A DNA stretch of 64,000 nt from Mobula hypostoma (lineage: Eukaryota): NCBI RefSeq assembly GCF_963921235.1, contig NC_086108.1:94738001-94802000 (forward strand), written 5' to 3'. Shown here in pieces: positions 51,513 through 62,773 of the stretch; positions within the stretch are counted from its first letter, which is position 1, and each line of letters starts with the position of its first letter. The position numbers were made by a program, and so were the translations under genes. The notes under the pieces are model-generated. The model did no database searches. It was not told the DNA's origin and worked only from the letters and a program-made list of their open reading frames with translations.

Positions 51513-51647
51513 CTGCCCGGTTTCTTCAAGTAGGAATTCCAATGATTGAATTCTGCTTTCCTTGGCATAGATGTCTGCTTGAAAAGTTGAGATTGTTTGC
51601 TTTTGTTTTATTGTCTGTACTTGTTCCTCTTCCAGTTCTCTTTTGAG
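51513..51647 (-). CDS. CCDC18: CCDC18 exon (LKRELEEEQV...LLEETGQ, 135 nt), GC donor
   Basis: ttttttttag|CTC ... CAG|gcaagt; phase 0/0 coiled-coil peptide in frame with the next exon. Confidence 0.75.
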
Positions 51648-52099
51648 CTAAAAAAAACAGCAAAGGGAAGAAAGTACTGGCAGGAATTGACTATAGACAT
51701 AGCATTATGCAGGACCCTAAAGTGTACAATACAAGAATACAATAATTATGGAGCCTTTAATCAAATTCCATCTTTAAGGACAAACCAAATCAGTAATAAT
51801 AGCGTGAAAGATTAATTCAAGAATTTTTTTTGGGAAAGAAATTTGAGGAACTAATAAAGCAGGGGTCTCTAACCTTTCTTATGCCATGGATGGCATTAAA
51901 CAACGGGTCTGTGAACCCCAGATTGGGATGATACAGGAACATAATATTTTAGATTTCGAATTGTGTAATACGAAAGGGTCATTTGGGACCTGATGCTTCC
52001 TAGGAAATGGTGATCAAATCATAACATTTATACAGATTTCAAGAGTGATTTATTTCAATTTGAAATCAGACCTTAAATCTGAATAAAGCAAATCACTAA

Positions 52100-53720
52100 A
52101 GTATGAGAACTGAGTTAGCCATGATAGATTGGGAAATCATATTAAAAGGAAAAAAACGGTAAACAAACAAGGGCTAACAAAACAAAAACATGATTTTTAG
52201 GTAACGCATATTCCTTTAAAGCTTAACAAAAAGACAACAGGAAACGCAGTCTAGCCCTGCTATCAAGAAAATTTAAGCAGGGCATTAATAAGAGAAACAG
52301 AACAAATGGTCTGGGCTGAATCAGAGATTCAACTAAAATTAGTATCAGTAAAAAATTAGTGCTGTAGAAAGGACTGAAAGCCAATAAATACATATATCGG
52401 TTGGAAAAGGTCAGTGACTTTAACTGCCTTGACGTTATCATTCCAGAGGATCTGTCTTGGGTCCAGCACTATTGGACCCAAGACAGATCTTGGGTACCAT
52501 TACAAAGAAGGCATAGCAGCACCTCTGCTTTCTTACAAGTTTGCAAAAATTTGGCATATTATCTAAAACTTTGTTAAGTTTCAATAGATAAGTAGTGGAG
52601 AGTATACTGACTGATTGCATCACAGCCTGGTATGAAGATATCAATGCCCTTGAATGCAAAAGCTTACAAAAAGTAGTGGATACACTCCAGTCCATCATAG
52701 GAAAAGGCCTCCCCAACATTGAGCACATCAATAAGGAGCACTACCACAAGAAATCAGCATTCATCATCAAGGACCCACAGGTCATGCTCGCTCCTCGCTG
52801 CTGTTATCGGGAAGGAGGGACAGGAGTCTTAGGTCCCAAACCACCAGATTCAGGGACAGTTATTACCCCTCAACAATCAGGATGCTGAACAAAAATTGAT
52901 AACTTCACTGATCCCCACACTGATTACACAACCTACAGACTCACTTTCAAGGATTCTACAACTCGTATTCTAAATATTACTTATTATGTTTTGTTTTGGC
53001 ATTTGCACAATTTGTTGTCTTTAGTAAATTGGTTGTTCAAGCCTCCTTGCAGTGCGCAGCTTTTCATTGATTCCATTGTGCTTCTTTGAATTTGTTGTGA
53101 ATGCCCGCAAGAAAATAATCTAAATGTAGTACATGGTAACATGTATGTACTTTGATGATAAATTTGTTTTGAACTTTTACACTTTAAATACCTAGGACCT
53201 GATGACCAACAACGTAAAGCTTCAAAAGAGGGGTCTATGGATATAATGATTGCAATGGCTGTCTTCTTTCAGAAATTCATACATTCCAGGACAGTTCCTT
53301 CAGTGGAAAGCAGCAAATGTAATCCTGCTACGGAAAAAAGGAAGAAAGGAGAGAAAAACCAGGAACTATCGACTATTTAGCCTGGCATCAGTACAAGCAA
53401 ATAGCTCAATCTGTTATTATGGAACTTAAAAAAAAATACATTGAGCTGAGTCAGAGGATTTAGAAAAAAAGAGAATTTATCTTTGACAAGTCTTATGAAT
53501 GTGTGCATTTTTAACTTTCAGAACTACAAATTTCCACACAGGAGGTTATGAACTAAGATTAGAGCATATGTGATTGGAGATAATATACTGGTAGATTGGG
53601 GATTAGCTAACAATTAAAAAAAAACAAAATGAACCTTTTCAGGTTGGGAGTTTGAAATGAGTGAGGTGCTACGGGCCAAGCTGTTCACAATCAGTGATAT
53701 AAATCTAAACACAAAATTCT
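52100..53720 (+). mobile_element. Old CR1 ORF2 remnant with a nested Rex1 3' fragment (~52490-53180)
   Basis: ESILTDCITAWY...LQKVVDT (Rex1); GNYRLFSLAS (CR1). Confidence 0.65.
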
Positions 53721-53724
53721 GCAG

Positions 53725-56700
53725 ATGTGAAAGAACACCCAGATGGTATGTTGCCTCCCAGGTGCCAGGGTCAGGGAGCCTCTGATCGGGTTGATGGCAT
53801 TCTAAAGGGTGAGGCTAAGCAGCCGTAAGTCTTGGTACATAATGGCAGAAATAACACACTGTAGGTAGAAAAAGGGAGAAGGTCCTGAACAGAGAATTAG
53901 ATAGAAAGCTGAAAAGCGGGACCTCCGGGGTAGGAATCTCTGGATTGCTGCCTGTGCCACGCACCGGTGAGAGTTCGAGTAAGGTGATTTGGCAGGCTGG
54001 TGAAGGGGGCAGGGCTTCAGATTTCTGGATCATTAGGATCTTTTCTGGAAAATGCAAGACCTGTACAAAAGGGATGGGTTACACTTGAACCCAAGGGAGA
54101 CAAATACACTTGTGGGCAGGTTTGCTAGAGCTGTTGGGGAGGGTTTAAACTAATTTGGCCAAGGGAGTGGAAACTGAAGTGATAGGGCTGAGGATGAGGC
54201 AGTTGGTGCTCACATCGATGTAGTGTGTGGTGAGACTGTGAGGAAGGACAGATGATAGGGCAAAATTGCAATCAGTGGGATGAGTTGCAATGTAACGTGG
54301 GAACAAAATTTTAAAAAAAGGAAGATGAATACAGGACTTAAGATGTTATATGGAATAAGTAGCTGATCTTGTAGCGCAGTTAAGAGATTGTCAGGTATGA
54401 CATTGTGGGTACCGAGTCACGGCTCAGAGAAGATTATAGTTGGGAGCTTAACATTCAAGGTTACACATTGTACCAAAAGGACAGGGAGGTAGACAGGAGG
54501 GGTGGGGTTGGTTAAAAAATAAAATCAAATGCTTAGAAAGAGGTGACATAGGATTGGAAGATGTAGAATCCTTGTGGGTATAGTTAAAAACCTGCAGATA
54601 AAAAGACCCTGATGTGAGTTATATACAGACCTCCAAACAGTAGCTTGGATATGAGCTACACATTACAATCGGAAATAGAAAAGTCATGTAAAAAGGGCAG
54701 TGTTATGATAGTCATCGGAAATTTCAACATGTAGGTAGATTGGGAAAATCCGGTTGATGCTGGATCACAAGAGAGAGAGTTTATAGAATGCCTGTGGGAT
54801 GGCTTTTTAGAGCAGCTAGTCATTGAGCCCACTAGGGGAATGGCTATTCTAGATTGGGGGTTATGTAATTAACCAGATTTGATTAGAGAACTTCAAGGAA
54901 CTCTTGGAAGAAAGTGATGATGATATTACTCACCCCACAATTTGAGAGGGATAAACTAAAGTCAGATGTATCAGTATTATAGTGCAGTAAAAAGAATTAG
55001 AGGAACGAGAGAGCAACCGGCCAGAGTTGATTGGAAGGGTCACTAGAAGGGATGACGACAGAACAGAAATGACTGGAGTTTCTGAGTGCAATTTGGAAGG
55101 TGCACAGAAGAAGTTCTCTAAAGGCAGGATGACACAACCATGGCTGACAAGGAAGTCAATGTCAACGTCAACATACAAGACAAAGAGGGCATATAATACA
55201 GCAAAAATTAGTGAGACATTAGAGAATAGGGAAACCTTTAAAATCAACAGAAGGCAACTAAAAAGACCATAAGGAGGGAAAAGATGAAATGTGAAATTAG
55301 GCTAGCCAATAATATCAGAGGATATCAAAAGTTATTTTCAAATATATAAAAGAGTAAACGAGAGGGGACAGTAGATATTGGATCTCTGGAAGATGACACC
55401 GGAGAGTAGTAATGCAGGACAAGAAAATGGCATATGAACTGAATAAGTATTTTGTGTTAGTCTTCACTGTGGAAGACACTAAGTAGGCACATAAGAACTA
55501 CACCTCAGGTTTCTGAAAGAGGTAACTAAAGAGATTGTAGTGGCATAAGTAATGCTCTTTCAAGAATCAATAGATCTGGCAGAATTCCAGAAGACTGGAA
55601 AATTACGTGTCACTCCACTTTTCAAGAGAGGAGGGAACAAAAGGAAATTAATTATAGGCCAGTTAGACCGACCTCAGTGGTTGCGAAGATGTTGGAACTG
55701 ATTGTTAAGGATGAGGTCTCTGGATAGTTGGAGGTACATGATAAATCAGGCCAACATCAGCACGGTTTACTTAAAGAGAAATCTTGCCTGACAAATCTGT
55801 TGGCGTTCTTTGAAGAGATAGCAAACAGGATAGATAAAGGAGAATCAGTGGATTGGATTTTCAGAAGGTCTTTGACAAGGTGCCACACATGAGGCTGCTT
55901 AACAAGATAACAGGCCATACTATTACAGTAAAGATACTAGCATGGATAAAGCAGTGGCTGATTGGCAGGAGGCAAAGAGTGAGAATAAAGGGGTGCTTTT
56001 CTGGTTGGCTGCCGATGACTAGTGGTGTTCCACAGGGGTCTGTATTGGGACCACTTCTTTTTATGTTATATGTCGATGCTTTGGATCAGCGGTCCCCAAC
56101 CACCGGCCTGCGGACCGGTACCAGGCCATGAGGAAACTGTATGATTTGGCGATATGAGTCAGCTGCACCTTTCCATATTCCCTGTCACGGCCACTGTTGA
56201 GCTTGAACGTACGCGAGGTCATTAGCCGCGCGTCATCCATGTCAGCGCGGGAAGGAGATCAACTCCTCGAGCTCGCAAATGACGGCGGGCTGAAAAGTAT
56301 GTTTGACATAATATCTCTGCCGGAATTCCGGATCAAAGTCAAGGCTGAATATCCTGAGATAGTCAGGAAAGCACTGAAAATGTTGCTTCCATTTCCAACG
56401 TACCTCTGCAATGAATGCAACGAAAACTAAATTGCGGATTAGACTGGACATAAGGAACCCCGTTCGAATACCTCTGTCTCCCATCACCCTTCGATAGGAC
56501 CGTCTTGTTGCAGGAAAACAAGCCCAGGGCTCCCACTGATTCAACGATATTGGTGTGTTGCAATGATTTTATATGTTCATTCGGGGAAAATATGTGCTGT
56601 GTGTTTAGTATCCAAACGTTACTTAAAATGTTATGATGCTATTGACTTATAAGTGACTTATATAACCATAGAACAATTACAGCACAGAAACAGGCCATCT

Positions 56701-57745
56701 CTGCCCTTCTAGTCCGAGCCGAACGCTACTCTCACCTAGTCCCACCGACCTGCACTCAGCCCATAACTCTCCATTCCTTTCCTGTCGATATACCTATCCA
56801 ATTTTTCTTTAAATGATCATATCGAACCTGCCTCTACCACTTCTAATGGAAGTTCGTTCAACACTAACTTCAAGCTCCCCTGTCCTTGCCTGATATTTGA
56901 CTTACCACTATATTCGTGCGAGGAAAATATGCGCTGTGTGTTTAATATTAAATTTGTTAGATAAAACCTTTTAGAAACGAAATTGAATGTATTAGCAATT
57001 TATCACCTATATTCCGGTCGTGATTAACACCCCCCCCCCGACAGAATTGGCAAAAACATTTGTAGAGAAAATTCGGCATGTTACATGTACGCGCATGCGC
57101 ACTGGTGCCCACGCATGGCCTCATGGTCATTGTAGTCTTAATCGGGGTGAACTCAACGTATATGACTGCTACTCTTGTCCGTCGGCAACCCTACCCCTCC
57201 CCCCGCCCCGGGCGGCCGATCTGCCGGTCCGCAAGATTATTGTCAATATTAAACCAGTCCGCGGTGCAAAAAAGGTTGGGGACCCCTGCTTAGGTTGACC
57301 CAATTGGTGGCTTTGTGGCCAAGTTTGCAGACAATATGAATTTAGGTGGAGGGGTAGGTAGTGTTGAGGAAACAAGGAGGGTGCAGAAAGACTTAAGACA
57401 GATTAGAAGAATGGGCAAGAAATGGCAAACAGAATATAGTGTAGGGAAATCTATGGCCATGCACTTTGGCAGAAGGAATAAAACTGTTGACTACTTTCTA
57501 AGCAGGAAGAAAATTCCAAAATCTGAGGGGCAAAGGGGTTTGGGAGTCCTCGTACAGGATTCTGTGAAGGTTAACTTACAAACTAAGTCGGTAATGAGGA
57601 AGGCAAATGCGATGTTAACATTCATTTTGAGAGGGCAGAATATAAAAGGAAGAATGTAATACTGAGGCTTTATAAAGGTGGCAGTTGATAGGTTCTTGAT
57701 TAGTCAGGGCATGAAAAGTTAAGGGGAAAACGAAATGGAAAAGAG
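53725..57745 (+). mobile_element. Long degraded CR1 (ORF1 esterase, EN, RT) interrupted by a hAT element; a CR1 3' piece also lies at 59475-59780
   Basis: VCCLPGARV..., DGLHLNP (esterase); DFQKVFDKVPH, GVPQGSVLGP, KFADN. Confidence 0.8.
56087..57288 (+). mobile_element. Non-autonomous hAT (Charlie-like) element with a nested CR1 tail (~56665-56862, minus)
   Basis: CAGCGGTCCCCAACC ... GGTTGGGGACCCCTG TIRs; degenerate TSD ctttggat/cttaggtt; KAEYPEIVRKALKMLLPFPTYLC transposase C-terminus. Confidence 0.8.
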
Positions 57746-57857
57746 AATGAAGTGTAATGTAAACATGAGGAAATCTGTAGATGCTGGAATTTCAAGCAAC
57801 ACACATAAAAGTTGCTGGTGAATACAGCAGGCCAGGCAGCATCTCTAGGAAGAAGTA

Positions 57858-57895
57858 CAGTTGACGTTTCGGGCCGAGACCCTTCGTCAGGACTA
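57858..57895 (-). ncRNA. Minimal type I hammerhead ribozyme motif
   Basis: UAGUC-CUGACGA-A-GGGUC UC GGCCC-GAAAC-GUC/AACUG (first stem I pair mismatched). Confidence 0.65.
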
Positions 57896-59365
57896 ACTGA
57901 AAGAAGAGCTAGTAAGAGATTTGAAAGTGGGAGGGGGAGGGGGAGATCCAAAATGACAGAAGACAGGAAGGGGAGGGATGGAGCCAAGAGCCAGACAGAT
58001 AATGGATGGGGTACGAGGGGGAGGTGAGGCATCAACGGGAGTTAGAGAAGTCAATGTTCATGCCATCAGGTTGGAGGCTATCCAGACGGAATATAAGGTG
58101 TTGTTCCTCCAACCTGAGTGTGGCTTCATTTTGACAGTAGAGGAGACCATGGATGGATATATCAGAATGGGAATGGGATGTGGAATTAAAATGTGTGGCC
58201 ACTGGGAGATCCTGCTTTCTCTGGTGGACAGAGCGCAGATGTTCAGCAAAACGGTCTCCAGTCTGCGTCGGGTCTTGCCAAATATATAGAAGGCCGCATC
58301 AGGAGCACTGGACGCAGTATAACACCCCAGCTGACTCACAGGTGAAGTGTTGCCTCACCGGTGAAGTGTCGCCTCACCTAGAAGGACTGTCTGGGGCCCT
58401 GAATGGTAGTGAGGGAGGAAGTGCAAGGGCATGTGTAGCACTTGTTCCGCTTACAAGGATAAGTGCCGGAAGGGAGATCGGTGGGAGGGATGGGGGGACA
58501 AATGGACAAGGGAGTCGTGTAGGGAGCGATCCCTGTGGAAAGCAGAGTGGGGGGGAGCGAGGGAAAGATGTGCTTAGTGGTGGGATCCCGTTGGAGGTGG
58601 CGGAAGTTACTAAGAATTATATGTTGGACCTGGAGGCTGGTGGGGTGGTAGGTGATAGGTAGCCGATCTCCCACCTAGCACTTATCCTTGTAAGTGGAAC
58701 AAGTGCTACACATGCCCTTAACACTTCCTCCCTCACTACCATTCAGGGCCCCAGACAGTCCTTCCAGGTGAGGCGACACTTCACCTGTGAGTCAGCTGGG
58801 GTGATATAATGCGTCCGGTGCTCCCGATGCAGCCTTCTATATATTGGCGAGACCCAAAGCAGACTGGGAGACCGTTTCGCTGAACACCTACGCTCTGTCC
58901 ACCAGAGAAGGCAGGATCTCCCAGTGGCCACACATTTTAATTCCACATCCCATTCCCATTCTGATATGTCTATCCACGGCCTCCTCCACTGTCAAGATGA
59001 AGCCACTCTCAGGTTGGAAGAACAACACCTTATAGTCCGTCTGGGTAGCCTCCAAACTGATGGCATGAACATTGACTTCTCTAACTTCTATTAAAGCCCC
59101 ACCTCCCCTTCGTACCCCATCTGTTATTTATTTATTCTTTTTTTCTCTCTCCTTTTTCTCCCTCTGTCCCTCTCACTATACTCCTTGCCCATCCTCTGGG
59201 CTTCCCCCCTCCCCCTTTCTTCCTGTTCCATGATCCTCTCATATCCCTTTTGCCAATCACCTGTCCAGCTCTTGGCTCCATCCCTCCCCCTCCTGTCTTC
59301 TCCTATCATTTTGGATCTCCCCTCCCTCTCCCACTTTCAAATCCCTTACTAGCTCTTCCTTCAGT

Positions 59366-59403
59366 TAGTCCTGACGAAGGGTCTCAGCCCGAAACGTCGA
59401 CTG
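59366..59403 (+). ncRNA. Minimal type I hammerhead ribozyme motif
   Basis: UAGUC-CUGACGA-A-GGGUCUCAGCCC-GAAAC-GUC/GACUG. Confidence 0.7.
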
Positions 59404-59841
59404 TACCTCTTCCTAGAGATGCTGCCTGGCCTGCTGTGTTCACCAGCAACTTTTATGTGTGAAGTGTAATGTAACCAAGCTTCCAGATGATACTAAGCTG
59501 GTTGGCAGAGATGAGGAGAAACTGTTTTTCCCCAGAGAGTGGTGAATCTGTGGAATTCTCTGTCCAGGGAAGCAGTTGAGGCTTCTTCACTAAATATATT
59601 TAAGATACAGTGAGATAGGTTTTTATATAGCAAGGGAATTAAGGGTTATGGGGAAAAGGCAGGTAGATGGAACTGAGTTTACAGGCAGATCAGCCATGAA
59701 CTTATTGAATAGCGGGGCAGGCTCAATGGGCCGGATGGCCTACTCCTGCTCCTATTTCTTAAGTTCTTATGTTCTTATATGCAACAATGATTTTGCAAAT
59801 CTGAAATAAAAATAGAAAATGCTGGAAACATTCAAATAGAT

Positions 59842-60441
59842 CAGGTTTCCCAACCAGGGTTCCATGGAAACCTAGGGTTCCGTGGGTGATCGCTATGGGT
59901 TCTGCGAGTGATTGTGATTTAAAAAATAAACGTCGTTTACTGAACTTTGTGCAAAGCACAATGCTAGCACTTGCAGCAGTGGGCAGTGACCTAGCTTCAT
60001 ATTGCTTTGGCTTATGGTTTTTAGTAACTTTACTATTCACCATTGTCAATAGATTTTCATGCTGTAAATAGTATTAATTAAAATCAATTTACGACCTTTA
60101 CTTAAATCTACCGAGCCTACCTTTAGAAAAATTAAATCCCAATTTGACTTAAGCCAGTTATTTACCAGAAATTTATTATGTTTGGCTAATGAGTTTTTAA
60201 CCTTTATAAAAAGGGAAATAAAGGGATTAATTTCAAGAAAGGCAAACCAAGCTTAACTACCTGTTTTTTTAAAACAAAGGTTGGCTAAAAATTCTCTACT
60301 CAAAAAAACATTGACAATTATTTCTTGATTATTATATCTACAACTTACTGATCATGCTAACGTGCCGTGGAGCTGTAGATATAATAATTTTTATGCAGAG
60401 GTCCCCTGAGACCTGAAAATTATGTCAAGGGTTGAGAAAGG
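59842..60441 (+). mobile_element. Deletion derivative (MITE) of the hAT at 33913-38501
   Basis: 5' part matches 33913-34035; 3' part matches 38220-38498. Confidence 0.75.
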
Positions 60442-60651
60442 ATAGATCATAACCTCTTACATGGCCTACTGGGTATTTCTAGCATTTTCTGCTTTTGAAA
60501 AAGCTGTGTGTTCTTTGGGGTTGCTAAGAACTTTACAGCAAACAAATGATAAAAATTTATACTTATGATATCTACTAAGAAATGATAAAGACACACTATG
60601 CTAGCTGATACACAAACACAAAAACAAGTTGCAGAGGAATAAATATACTGA

Positions 60652-61225
60652 ACTCCCAGCAACATACACAAAATGCTGCAGGAACTCAGCAGGCCAGGCA
60701 GCATCTACGGAAAAGAGTAAACAGTCGACGTTTCGGGCCAAGACCCCTCATCAGGACTGAACTAAAAAGTCAAGGTCAGAACAAGAAGGTGGGGGGATGG
60801 GAGGAATAAGTACAAGGTGGAAGGTAACAGTGAAACTGAGAGGAGGGGTCTGAAGTAAGGAGTTGGGAAGCTGATTGCTGAAAGAGATAAATAGCTGGAG
60901 AAGGGGGAATCTGATAGGAGAGGGTAGAAGACCATGGAAGAAAGAGGAGGAGGAAGAGCTCCAGAGGTGGGTGAAGGGAAGGTAAGGAGATAAGGTGAGA
61001 GGGAAACGGGAATAGCGAAGGGGGTGTGCAGTTATTGGATGTTCAAGAAATTGATGTTCATGCCATCAGGTTGCAAGCTACCCAGACAGAATATAAGGTG
61101 TTGCTCCTCCAACCTGAGTGTTGCCTCATCCTGGCAGCAGAGGAGGCCAGGGATTGACATGTTGGAATGAGAATGGGAAGTGGAATTGAAATGGGTGACC
61201 ACCGGGAGACCCTGCTTTCTCTGGC
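60652..61225 (-). mobile_element. Second-family Penelope-like 3' fragment (GIY-YIG C-terminus plus pLTR)
   Basis: HFNSTSHSHSNMSIPGLLCCQDEATLRLEEQHLIFCLGSLQPDGMNI on minus; pLTR family of 10676 and 33360. Confidence 0.8.
60722..60759 (-). ncRNA. Minimal type I hammerhead ribozyme, best-preserved copy
   Basis: CAGUC-CUGAUGA-G-GGGUC UU GGCCC-GAAAC-GUC/GACUG: canonical core, perfect 5-bp stem I, 5-bp stem II. Confidence 0.78.
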
Positions 61226-61508
61226 AGGGAGGTGCGTTCTATAGAGAATGGTGCAAGTAACAAAAAATATCCAGTGAGCAGCCGTTCTAAAGGAAAATAT
61301 GCCTTGTTAATGAGAGAAGTCAGAAGAGAATGGCTAGACTAGTTCAAGCTGGCAGGAAGACAACAGTAACTCAAATAATCATGTGTTACAACATTGGTGT
61401 GCAGAAGAACATCTGTGAGCATTCATCATGTTGAACCTTGAAGTGGACAAGATACACCAGAAGGTACAGAAGCTACCTAATAAAGTGGGTATTTTTACCC
61501 TGCCTATG

Positions 61509-62773
61509 CAGTGACTATAAAAGTATTCACCTTTTCTTGGAAATCTTCATTTTTTTTATTGTTTTACAACTTTGCATCACAATGGATTTAATTTAGCTTT
61601 TTTGACATGATCAACAAAAAAACTTTCATGTCAAAGTGAAAACAGATCTCTACAAAGTGATCTAAATTAATTAATTATAAAACACAAAATAATTGATTGC
61701 ATACGTGTTCACTCCCTTCAAGTTAGTATTTAGTAGATGCAACAATTACAGCCTTGAGTCTATATGGATAGGTCTCTATCAGCTTTGCACATCTGGATAT
61801 TGCAATTTTTCCCCATTCTTTACAAAACTGCTCAAGCTCTGAGAGATTGCATGGGGATTATAAGGGAGCAGCCCTTTTCAAGTCCAGCCACAAATTCTCA
61901 GTTGGATTAAGGTCTGTCCTCTGACTTGGCCACTCCATGTCATTAACTTTATTATTTTCAAGTCATTCTTGTGTAACTTTGGCTTTTTGCTTGGGTCATT
62001 GTCTTGCTGGAAAGTAAATCTCCTCCCATGTCGCAGTTCTCTTGCAGACTGCATCAGGTTTTCCTCCAGGATTTCCCTCAATTTTGCTGCATTCATTTTA
62101 CCCTCTACCTTCACAAGCCTTCCAGGGCCTATTGCAGTGAAGCACCCCCACAGCATGATGCAGGCACCACCACGCTTTATGGTAGGGATGGTGTGTTTCT
62201 GATGATGTGCAGTATTTGGCTTACACCAAGCATAGTGTTTAGTCTGATGGCCAAAGACTCAATTTTGGTTTCATTAAACCATAGACCCTTCTTCCAGCCA
62301 ACTTCAGAATCTTCCACATACCTTCTAGCAAACTAGCCAAGATCTCATGGAGTTTTTTTTTCCAACACTAGTTTTCTCTTTGTCACTCTCCCATAAAACT
62401 GTGACTGGTGAAGCACCAGGGCAACAGTTGTATGTGCAGTCTCTCCCATCTCAGCCACTGAAGCTTGTAACTCTGCCCGATTTGTCACAGGTCTCTTGGT
62501 GGCCTCCCTCACTAGTCCCCTTCTTGCATGGTCATGATCTACAGCTTTCCATTTCTTGATGATTGACTTAACTGTACTCCAGGGGAATTTTGGCAACTTG
62601 GAAATTTTCTTGTATCCTTCTCCTAACCTGCTTTTCAATAACCTTTTTGCAGAGTTTCTTGGAGTGTTCTTTTGTCTTCATGGCGTAGGTTTTGCAAGGA
62701 TACTGACCCACCAGCAGTTGGTCCTTCCAGATACATTGTATTTTTACCACAATCAATTGAAACATCTTGACTG
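61509..62773 (-). mobile_element. Tc1 transposon, defective, interrupted at 62774
   Basis: MLWGCFTAIGPGRLVKVEGKMNAAK...FQQDNDP and GEGYKKISK...WSTVKSIIKKWK; long TIR shared with 10929-12451. Confidence 0.85.

Larger units (their letters stand above)
57763..59459. mobile_element. Penelope-like element fold-back: two inverted GIY-YIG endonuclease/pLTR arms, 15-bp TSD
   Basis: TSD tgaagtgtaatgtaa at 57748-57762 and 59460-59474. Left arm on minus, right arm on plus; both encode decayed CK..KCYTCP...FTCESAGV.YC..CS.C.LLYIGET.RRL.DRFAEH. Confidence 0.9.
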
